From positions 7,502,001-7,566,000 of the forward strand of contig OZ059894.1 of assembly GCA_964057225.1 (NCBI GenBank): a stretch of DNA of 64,000 nucleotides. The letters are read 5' to 3'. The DNA comes from Auanema rhodensis. Taxonomy: Eukaryota; Animalia; Nematoda. Both the position numbers and the translations under genes were made by a program. Each line of letters opens with the position of its first letter. Positions within the stretch are counted from its first letter, which is position 1. Under the pieces are notes generated by a model. The model ran no database searches, was not told where the DNA came from, and saw nothing but the letters and a program-made list of their open reading frames with translations. This document shows positions 44,801 through 54,552 of the stretch, one piece after another.

Positions 44801-45122
44801 GATTACCGTGTTTGGATGCATCAGGAATAGACGGCAGATCTCTTGTGAGATCATATTCTAGGAGATAATGTGGCCGAATGGTCTAGGGGTATGATTCTCG
44901 CTTTGGGTGCGAGAGGTCCCGGGTTCAAATCCCGGTTCGGCCCAAACTTTTGCTTTCTTTTGTTTCAGAAACAGTTTTGATAAAGCTTTCAGTTTCGGAA
45001 CTTCTCTCAAATCCTTTCTTTGGATAATTTCCGGTAAAAAGGTCTAGGCTTATGGTTACGTTGTTTGGATGCATAAGGTATAGACGGCGTTCTCTTGTGA
45101 GATGTTATTCTGGGAGATAATG
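23882..45122 (+). repeat. tDNA satellite: units of 252/253, 375 and 497 bp (253 + n x 122) with higher-order repeats
   Basis: Spacing of tRNA starts; identical artefact ORFs recur at offsets 628, 1134, 1881 and 2643 bp. Confidence 0.93.
23983..44943 (+). tRNA. Main tandem array of ~64 tRNA-Pro(TGG) genes (72 nt each)
   Basis: Starts at 23983,24236,24611,24864,25117,25370,25745,26120,26373,26626,26879,27254,27507,27760,28013,28388,28844,29097,29472,29847,30344,30719,31094,31591,31844,32219,32472,32969,33344,33719,34094,34346,34721,34973,35225,35600,35852,36227,36602,36854,37229,37481,37856,38231,38483,38735,39110,39362,39737,40112,40364,40616,40991,41488,41741,42116,42369,42744,42997,43372,43625,44122,44497,44872. 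Confidence 0.95.
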
Positions 45123-45534
45123 TGTTCCATACGTGTCCTATAAGTAGAGCGATTGACAACGTCAATCGCTTATAAAACGGAACATTATAAAAACAAATAG
45201 CTGACGCTACATTTGAGAAACAGGAATTCAATGCAATAATGAACGAACACTTTTTCATATTAAGTTTAATTAAAGAAAGCCCAATTCAAGCGGAACCAAG
45301 TTCCGCAGACCTGATATAACCACTTTTTATGCTCGTAAGGAAAACTATATAAGGTTTCCTTACGAGTCCTTTGGGCTGCGACTAGGAATCATTATGTAAT
45401 TTTTATTATTGTAATTTGTATACTTTATCATGAATAAACCTTTCTCTCTATACTCTTTATCATTTATATTTGGAAGAAAAGAAAGTAATTCCATGTGGTT
45501 ACCCAGCCGGAACCCTGGGAACCACCATGGAACG
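45123..45534 (+). repeat. E3 5' LTR
   Basis: Direct repeat of 48864-49275. Confidence 0.94.
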
Positions 45535-46948
45535 TGGAGGTTCCGCCGAGATTCGTCTATAACCGACGAATCTCTAAGAACCATATTTCGCTACATAAAT
45601 TTAGTTTTGTTGTCTTTCATACATCTAATTAAAGAATTATATTTCGATTATGCTATATGAATTTAATTTGAAATCTTTCTCTTCTTTATTTCATTCATTC
45701 AAAGAACTTTATTTTGATTTTGATTCATAAATTAATACTGAAATCTTAGATACATTTATTTAAAAAAATATATTTTGAAACAACTTAATTTTGAAATTTT
45801 ATATTTATTCATTTAAAAGAAACATTTCGATTTTTATCCATATTCTAAGATCTTTCATTCATTTTTGAGGAAAAACTTTGTTTATAACTATCATAAATTA
45901 ATTTGAAATTCTTTTATATTTATTCATTTAAAGAAAGGTATTTCGATATTTTTTTTCTGTCAATCTTTTCTTTTTCTGTTTTTTTTAATCAAAATCTATT
46001 CTATCTCTCATAAATTTTTGTTATAAAGTTTCAAACAATTTTTGAATCAAAAATGAATTAATTTCTTTCATGAATCATCACAAAATTCATTGTTTTATAT
46101 ATATTAAAATTCATTAATTTCTATTCTATCCTTTAAAATGTATTACTCCTTTATATATATATATATATTTATGTACAAAACTATTCTATACTAGTACTAT
46201 ATTCCTACTATATTCCTACTATATTCCTATTTTATTTTTCTTTTATCTTCTTTTAAATTTTATCTTTTTCCCTCTCTTATTACTATTATTTTTTCTCTTC
46301 TTCCTAATATAACCCAGAAAACAGCCAAATAATTTTGAAATTTTTTATCTGAATCCCGAACCTAAGATTTACAATTTTGCATTTTGATCCTAAAAGTAGC
46401 CCGTGAGAAGCAATACCAGATTATCTCGAGAACTGAGCGGAGGCAACCACTATTTTTGATATAAGACGTACGCATTCCTGATTTTGAAGATCCCTTTTTG
46501 GTCCTATTTTTGCAAATTTGAAAATTACGACAGAATTAGTCGAGAATGAAAGTGTTAGAGTGGTCTCACCATGAAAAATCAGGGGAGCAGAATTTCGTTA
46601 AGGGAGCGATTTCTGTGATTTTTCATAGGCAAGAGAAGTCTGGGAAAGTGAATGTACGAGGCGTGAGCACCTAATCTTGTCGAAAGACTGAAAGGGAATA
46701 CTGCTTAGATCACCGTCGTATATTTCACGCCTATTCGAGAGATGGGAACTTGATCCTAGAAAGGGCGCACCGGTCACAGGCCCGTGTATGTACCCGATTG
46801 AGCAATTCTCCGTTAGAAGATTCGCTGCAGGCTGGCCCCCTAGCAAGCGTCACGCATACAACCCCATATTGCCTCTCACGTTGTATATATATTTTTATAA
46901 GATTCGCATCGTTGGTATAATAATTTCCTTTCCAGGAAAACCAACAAG

Positions 46949-47158
46949 ATGACGGACTCGAAGAGTAAAAAACCTCCGCAGGATAAAACAAATCCACAGA
47001 GCGCAGCCCCCCGTAATGATACGCACGTCGAGCCAGTACTCGAGCAGAATCAAAGAAAGAGAGGACCTCCAAATGTTTATGAGCCGGACACGAAGCGCCG
47101 ACCTACTGCTGCAAAAAAAAACCACCCGCTATACCGGGTACCCCCGCGAAAAAAATAG
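46949..47158 (+). CDS. E3 small basic/Pro-rich ORF (69 aa), possibly the start of a frameshifted or degraded gene
   Basis: ATG 13 nt after an acceptor-like TTTCCAG; low-complexity frames continue to ~47687. Confidence 0.35.
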   Translation: MTDSKSKKPPQDKTNPQSAAPRNDTHVEPVLEQNQRKRGPPNVYEPDTKRRPTAAKKNHPLYRVPPRKK

Positions 47159-48057
47159 GCACAACAGCTATCAAAACTTCTCGCCACGCTATTACTCTTA
47201 GAAAAATTAAAACGTCTGTTAACAAACAAACTCCTAAACGCAATTCTAACGTTATCAAAAGCTCTAGCTATGTTAGCACAAATACTTCCCCTTGTAAAGA
47301 TTATTCTCAAATATCATTTTCATACCCAAATACTGCTATTCTTTCTTCTCCTCTTCCTCGAAATTCACCAAACTATCAGAGAAAATAGAAGAAAACGCAA
47401 GAAAAGAATTATATGAGGAACGGAAGAAGGAGCCACCCACAATTAAGAAATGGAGTTCAGCACTTAAATTGGCATTGGGATTAGAAGATAATTCCCCTAC
47501 AACGCCAGCAAAACCTTATCATGTGCCGATAAGGTATCACAGCACCATACCAGTAACAGAGCCGAAGAAGAGAGTTTCGAAGAGTCAGATCCCGGACCCA
47601 AACTTCGTGGCACCAACAGTACCAGTCATCCATAAGAAAAGACCGTCAACAGTTATTGGGACTACAAGTAAGAAGCTAGAACAATAGTAAAAATCCATAA
47701 TTTCTATATAAAAATCACAAAAAGTATAATACCATTTTCATAATTTTCATAATTTTCATCTAAACTTGAACATATATTTTTTTTTTCTTCTCATTTAAGT
47801 AATACATAAAATTCTACACAAATTATTGTACATTTTTATTTTTTTCACTCTCATAACAATATTGTATTAATAACAAAAATTTCAAAATAAAATTATACAT
47901 CATACTTGGAATCTTTCAAAAATCACTGCAAAGTTTTAATTACCAATCTTCATCACTTTTTCACCTAACTGATCAAAAAGGAGGCGACAAAAAGGAAGGA
48001 ACAGACCGACCTAGTTTTAAAAGGATAAAAGGACAGAAAACAGTAACAAAGAAAACA

Positions 48058-48660
48058 ATGTCCACCCAACTTCCTGAAGCCGTCGAAATTCCCCTCATGA
48101 TGGCCAAAAAGAGATGGCTTTCAATTCAACTATTAGTAAGAGAATTGAAGCAGCTAGGCGCCAATACCATCGCCAACCGCCCCAGAAAAGAGAAGATCCT
48201 GAAGGAGTTAGTTCAAGGACTAACAAGAGCGAACACCAGTACTGAAACGCTCAAAATCCTATGTTACCAATACGACAAGGATCAACTGTCGGAGGTTGAC
48301 CACTGCATAGGACCATGGACCAACATAGCAGGAGTCATCCGAGATGCCATTGCTGAACTAAGGGACCAACTAGGTTATTCACCTAGTTGCGATTCACCAG
48401 TACAGCAGACACCAAACTGGATTATTGCCGAGACCCATTCGGCCTATCAAGAATGGAGCCTGCAACATTGCAGCGAACTGCCATCCACAGAGGCAAGAAA
48501 AAGCATTATAAATGCTCTACAAATATTTCTGGCATCACCAGCAACCACCAAGGAAGAAATGGAAAGAAAAACGGATTTATGCAACAAGACTATGGATCTT
48601 CTCCACGACCTAGGATCATCACCATTACCAGAGATATACCAGTATTATGAAGAAGACTAA
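48058..48660 (+). CDS. E3 hypothetical 200-aa protein, probably helical
   Basis: Intact ATG-to-stop ORF in an AAAACAATG context; a GC-richer island within AT-rich flanks; no family recognised. Confidence 0.65.
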   Translation: MSTQLPEAVEIPLMMAKKRWLSIQLLVRELKQLGANTIANRPRKEKILKELVQGLTRANTSTETLKILCYQYDKDQLSEVDHCIGPWTNIAGVIRDAIAELRDQLGYSPSCDSPVQQTPNWIIAETHSAYQEWSLQHCSELPSTEARKSIINALQIFLASPATTKEEMERKTDLCNKTMDLLHDLGSSPLPEIYQYYEED

Positions 48661-48863
48661 AAAGAACTTTTGAAAGATTCCCAGTATGATATATGATATA
48701 TTATTTTGTAATTACATTGTTTTCCTTTTATTTTTTCTCATAAAATTGTTCTGTATTATCAGTATTCTTTTATTTTTTGAAACATTTCATACAACTTTCA
48801 CATTTGCATGGAATTTCACTTTCTCGATGTAGCTGAGGTCAGCTACTTTTTCGATATTAGGCA

Positions 48864-49275
48864 TGTTCCATACGTGTCCTATAAGTAGAGCGATTGACAA
48901 CGTCAATCGCTTATAAAACGGAACATTATAAAAACAAATAGCTGACGCTACATTTGAGAAACAGGAATTCAATGCAATAATGAACGAACACTTTTTCATA
49001 TTAAGTTTAATTAAAGAAAGCCCAATTCAAGCGGAACCAAGTTCCGCAGACCTGATATAACCACTTTTTATGCTCGTAAGGAAAACTATATAAGGTTTCC
49101 TTACGAGTCCTTTGGGCTGCGACTAGGAATCATTATGTAATTTTTATTATTGTAATTTGTATACTTTATCATGAATAAACCTTTCTCTCTATACTCTTTA
49201 TCATTTATATTTGGAAGAAAAGAAAGTAATTCCATGTGGTTACCCAGCCGGAACCCTGGGAACCACCATGGAACG
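48864..49275 (+). repeat. E3 3' LTR
   Basis: Copy of 45123-45534. Confidence 0.94.
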
Positions 49276-49280
49276 AATGT

Positions 49281-50739
49281 GGCCGAATGGTCTAGGGGTA
49301 TGATTCTCGCTTTGGGTGCGAGAGGTCCCGGGTTCAAATCCCGGTTCGGCCCAAAATTTTGCTTTCTTTTGTTTCAGAAACAGTTTTGATAAAGCTTTCA
49401 GTTTCGGAACTTCTCTCAAATCCTTTCTTTGGATAATTTCCGGTAAAAAGGTCTAGGCTTATGGTTACGTTGTTTGGATGCATCAGGAATAGACTGCGGA
49501 TCTCTTGTGAGATGATATTCTAGGAGATAATGTCGATTGGACATTGTTTCTTGGATATATTGTGATAAAAAGCTCCAAGCTTATGATTACGTTGTTTGGA
49601 TGCATAAGGGATAGACGGCGGATCTCTTGTGAGATGATATTCTAGTAGATAATGTGGCCGAATGGTCTAGGGGTATGATTCTCGCTTTGGGTGCGAGAGG
49701 TCCCGGGTTCAAATCCCGGTTCGGCCCAAAATTTTGTTTTCTCTTATTTCAGAAACAGTTTTGATAAAGCTTTCAGTTTCGGAACTTCTCTCAAATCCTT
49801 TCTTTGGATAATTTCCGTTAAAAAGGTCTAGGCTTATGGTTACGTTGTTTAGATGCATCAGGAATAGACGGCGGATCTCTTGTGAGATGATATTCTAGGA
49901 GATAATGTGGCCAAATGGTCTAGGGGTATGATTCTCGTTTTGGGTGCGAGAGGTCCCTGGTTCAAATCCCGGTTCGGCCCAAACTTTTGCTATCTTTTGT
50001 TTAAGAAAAAGTTTTGATAATGCTTTCAGTTTCGGAACTTCTCTCACATCCTTTCTTTGGATATATTCTGGTAAAAAGGTCTAGGCTTATGATTACGTTG
50101 TTTGGATGCATAAGGGATAGACGGCGGATCTCTTGTGAGATGATATTCTAGTAGATAATGTGGCCGAATGGTCTAGGGGTATGATTCTCGCTTTGGGTGC
50201 GAGAGGTCCCGGGTTCAAATCCCGGTTCGGCCCAAAATTTTGTTTTCTCTTATTTCAGAAACAGTTTTGATAAAGCTTTCAGTTTCGGAACTTCTCTCAA
50301 ATCCTTTCTTTGGATAATTTCCGGTAAAAAGGTCTAGGCTTATGGTTACGTTGTTTAGATGCATCAGGAATAGACGGCGGATCTCTTGTGAGATGATATT
50401 CTAGGAGATAATGTGGCCAAATGGTCTAGGGGTATGATTCTCGTTTTGGGTGCGAGAGGTCCCTGGTTCAAATCCCGGTTCGGCCCAAACTTTTGCTATC
50501 TTTTGTTTAAGAAAAAGTTTTGATAATGCTTTCAGTTTCGGAACTTCTCTCACATCCTTTCTTTGGATATATTCTGGTAAAAAGGTCTAGGCTTATGATT
50601 ACGTTGTTTGGATGCATAAGGGATAGACCGCGGATCTCTTGTGAGATGATATTCTAGGAGATAATGTGGCCGAATGGTCTAGGGGTATAATTCTCGCTTT
50701 GGGTGCGAGAGGTCCCGGGTTCAAATCCCGGTTCGGCCC
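49281..50739 (+). tRNA. 6 tRNA-Pro(TGG) copies, several mutated
   Basis: Starts 49281,49656,49909,50162,50415,50668; 49909 and 50415 carry GGCCAAA, CTCGTTT and GTCCCTGG changes. Confidence 0.9.
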
Positions 50740-50812
50740 AAACTTTTGCTATCTTTTGTTTCAGAAACAGTTTCGATAATGCTTTCAGTTTCGGAACTTC
50801 TCTCACATCCTT

Positions 50813-51223
50813 CGTTCCGTTATGCTCCTGCGTCGATAATATAAACCATTGTAGTTTATACTATGACGCGCATAGTATTCCTTGGTGTAACGGTAAGGAA
50901 TAAAGAGCATAAGGTCAATCATAAGATAAAAGAGAGAAAGATTTATTAGCATGAAATTACAACAATAATATACAAAGATAAAGATACAATACAATAAGAT
51001 AAATATAAGTATAAAGGCTAAACTACAAGCCGTCCATGAGCTTGCTAAGAGGCGAACTCCCGACCAAGGGAACGAGGGAAGGCGGAGCCATTCATAAGCT
51101 TGGAGCTTTTTATCACAATATATCCAAAGAAAGGATGTGAGAGAAGTTCCGAAACTTTCCTCGGTCCTCTGGTCGTCTGGCTCTAACCCTTCAGCTACAT
51201 ATATGGGGAGTCCGAATGGAACG
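50813..51223 (-). repeat. E4 3' LTR, with a 66-bp insertion at 51091-51156
   Basis: Matches 54096-54440 except ~4 substitutions and the insert. Confidence 0.92.
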
Positions 51224-51863
51224 TGCCCTTTTTCAAGGATTTTTCGCGTCCGCGCGATATAAAGAGTTTTTAGTGTATATGTAGCTGAGTTTTAGAGTCT
51301 AGGAGTTTACAAATAAAATTAAAAGTTTTAAAATCTACATGTAGAAAGATATATAAATAGTTTTAATAGGTTTCTTTATAGTATTAAGATAGAATTTGAA
51401 TACAATAATAGGTTTTATGTTATTTTGTAACGGAGGATTAGAAAATAAATTTGGTCATTGTAGTACTGTAATAAAAAAAAATTCTTTGTTTCATGGATGT
51501 ATGATTTATGTGAGACAATAAGGAATTATCAAACATTTTGGGTACATGGTTACTCGTATCCTAATGATGATGGGGATAATTTTAGTTAATAATTTACTCG
51601 TCTCCATATGTCTCTCTGAATGAAACCTTGAGTACTAATGGAGGCTACCACTCAGATGGGGTGTGGCTTAGGCGCCTGCCAATGTTCGTCTCTTCTTGGA
51701 GATACATATGGAGCTCAGTTTAGCGCAAAATTTTATCTCTATCGGTCGTATAGGATTACGGTAGCCATTTATTTCTATTATATTTTTGCTTATTCCTTAT
51801 TTTTAGTTGTTTACTCACTTAATCTCTCATCAAAAAGTTTTCTAATTCACCGTTACTTTCATT

Positions 51864-52148
51864 TTACAATTTACAGAAAAGAAAAGAATGTATATAAAAA
51901 TTTTTTCTGTCGTCGGCTTTGATGAAGTCCGGATCTTCGTAGGTGTCGTCAGAAGGTGAATATGTTCCTTCTCGGGGAGTATAAAACTGGTCGACTTGCG
52001 GCTTCGGCTTTTCGGCTGGTTGGTGCGGTTTTTCTATTTGAACACTAAGAAGTCGGGTACGGCTTCTGCGACGACTTGCGACAGTAGCGTCACTGTTGGT
52101 ATCGGACGGGTAAAGGGCTCGGAAAACCGATGAGAATCTTGTGGCCAC
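51864..52148 (-). pseudogene. E4 truncated polyprotein N-terminus (~79 codons homologous to E2 from 14069)
   Basis: (V)ATRFSSVFRALYPSDTNSDATVASRRRSRTRLLSVQIE... vs E2 (V)AKRFASAFSALHPSDSNSDATVASRTRSRTRLLSVQIE... Confidence 0.85.
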
Positions 52149-54095
52149 CTTTATAGGACTCTTGGTTTGGAAAAACCGAGAATGGTGAGCTACGTGTGGG
52201 ATGTTGACGTAAGGTGCGTAAGATTCTTTTAGATGTGTGTTGGGAGAGAGAAAGACTCGGGAGCAATAGGATAGTCATGCTTTGCTGGGCGATGCGGAGG
52301 GTAAATGAGAGGGAGTTTTTCAAATCCTGGCCAGGAATCTGACTCCGCCTATCTACCGTAAGCTTATTATAGTTAATGATGTTTATCTCTTCGCAAAAAC
52401 TATTTTTATCCGCTCTTGCACTTTCCTCTAATTTTGTTTTCTTACTGCTCTAGAATCTTTAAAAAAAACTTTATTCATGTCATCCCCTTTGTACTTTTGC
52501 GGCCTTTGGACATTTATTTTAAGGTTAGAAACAAAAGAAAAGAAAAGAAAGAAAGAAAAAAAAATGGATTTCCAACGTTATAATCCCACTGGCATGACTT
52601 ATGTCCTGTGGAAATTATACAAATCCATCGTTGAGTACGATGGAGAAGGAGTTTTGGCTTATAGGCCAAATCTTGATATAATTTTAATGGTTTGTGTATC
52701 TCCATTTTATGTTTGATTATTTGATTACTTTAGTTTATCGAAGATCACCAAATGTATTATTTGGGGCAGGGCCATATAAACTTTGCCACCTTCGTAGATG
52801 TAGCTCCCGAAGTGGAGCTTGTTGGTCGAAGGTGCTTAGTTGATCTATGCGCTCATGTATATAATGGTAGGGCCGGTTTATTAACCGCACGTCCTTGGGC
52901 CTGGTACCAGGAAAAGAGTCATTTTTATTATTATTTATTATATAGATTATTGTTTAAAATCTATATTGTTTATGATGACTCATTATTTGGTTTGGAACTT
53001 AGGGTTTCGCGAGGTTTAGAATATAGTGAAGATTTAATTGCGAGCGAAACTCCTATGTTTCTTGCCTCTGAGTTTCGAACTTGGTTGCAATCAAATACGG
53101 GTATTGACTGAACAAAGCTTGTACTCTGTGTTTTTTTTTGTGCACTTTGCACTGTTTTCGTCAAGAAAATGGCCTTATGTGTTTTTCAATCTTGTCCTCA
53201 TTCCTTTTTCCTTAAATAGCATGTTTTGCTCAAAATGTTTTCGACATTGTGCATGCTAATGAGGTTTGAGGAGAGTTATTGAAAAGGCTGTCCCTTTTCT
53301 TGATCAAAATAAGCAAAAGTGTGTTTTCCTAAGCGAATTTCTTTTTGAAAATGAGAAAAATACGTCTATTTTTGAACATTTCCAAATAACTTAGGATTAC
53401 TGTAGGAGATAAGGGGTATCTTATGAGTTGAAACAACGAAATGATTTGAGGAAGATGACATAATCTACAGGGATAAAATCCGTAGCAGTTATGCTTCCGC
53501 CAACTTGACCTGACTGTCAATTAAGAGCTGAGAAGTCTTATTGCAGATTTACCAGGCTTTTTCGGACTAGTGTGGTCTCTTTTTATATTCAATTTATGTA
53601 ACCGTTTTTGGTTTCCCGCAAAATAATATGTAAAATGGTCTTTTACGTCTGAATATAATAATATTTCAAAATTCTAGTCCTGACCACAAAATATACAAAC
53701 TATAATCAATTGCGCGCGTCTTATAAACTTTTGTTCCAATAATTAAACTTCTCTATGCCCAAAAAAAATGTGAACAACTATAATTTCTCGTTTGGCAAAA
53801 TTGTCCTCTATTTCAATCCAAACGTCCTCAAAATAGCATGAGAAGCGGTACAAGATACGATATAGAAAAGGGTGGACATTCAGACGGTTTTAAATTGAGG
53901 ACGGCGGGCAAGAATTTTTATTGGTCCTATCTCGCATTTAAGCGAGATTCCTTGTATCTGTACCTTAAAACAAATTGGCGCCTTCATTTTGTTGTTTCAA
54001 GTGGAGGATTTATAATTTAGAATGCAAAAATGGACTTTTACAATGAAAAAAAATTTTTTTTTTGTTCAAAAGATGAGTTCGAGGTGGAACCTCCA

Positions 54096-54440
54096 CGTTC
54101 CGTTATGCTCCTGCGTCGATAATATAAACCATTGTAGTTTATACTATGACGCGCATAGTATTCCTTGGTGTAGCGGTAAGGAATAAAGAGCATAAGGTCA
54201 ATCATAAGATAAAAGAGAGAAAGATTTATTGGCATGAAACTACAACAATAATATACAAAGATAAAGATACAATACAATAAGATAAATATAAGTATAAAGA
54301 CTAAACTACAAGCCGTCCATGAGCTTGCTAAGAGGCGAACTCCCGACCAAGGGAACGAGGGAAGGCGGAGCCATTCCTCGGTCCTCTGGTCGTCTGGCTC
54401 TAACCCTTCAGCTACATATATGGGGAGTCCGAATGGAACG
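54096..54440 (-). repeat. E4 5' LTR (345 bp, CG...CG)
   Basis: Followed on the - strand by TGGAGGTTCCACCTCGAACTC. Confidence 0.93.
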
Positions 54441-54552
54441 CCTTTCTTTGGATATATTGTGATAAAAAGCTCCAAGCTTATGATTACGTTGTTTGGATGC
54501 ATAAGGGATAGACGGCGGATCTCTTGTGAGATGATATTCTAAGAGATAATGT

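Larger units (their letters stand above)
45123..49275 (+). mobile_element. E3: non-autonomous LTR element (no RT/IN) with orphan ORFs
   Basis: 412-bp LTRs that look identical by eye (45123-45534, 48864-49275; TGTTCCAT...ATGGAACG), TSD AATG, PBS TGGAGGTTCCGCCGAGATTCG at 45535. Confidence 0.93.
50813..54440 (-). mobile_element. E4: non-autonomous internal-deletion derivative of an E2-related element
   Basis: LTRs 54096-54440 (5') and 50813-51223 (3'), similar to the E2 LTR; TSD CCTT; PBS 54083-54095 (-); PPT GAAAAAGGGCA; leader and 3' UTR blocks homologous to E2. Confidence 0.93.

Noticed and set aside
23882-45122. CRISPR-like repeat-spacer array
   Set aside because: The repeats are complete 72-nt tRNA genes, the spacers are near-identical to each other, there are no cas genes, and the context is eukaryotic
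52477-53520. Short ORFs in the E4 leader (e.g. 52752-53111)
   Set aside because: Mostly antisense to the element, with no counterpart in E2 and no recognisable motifs
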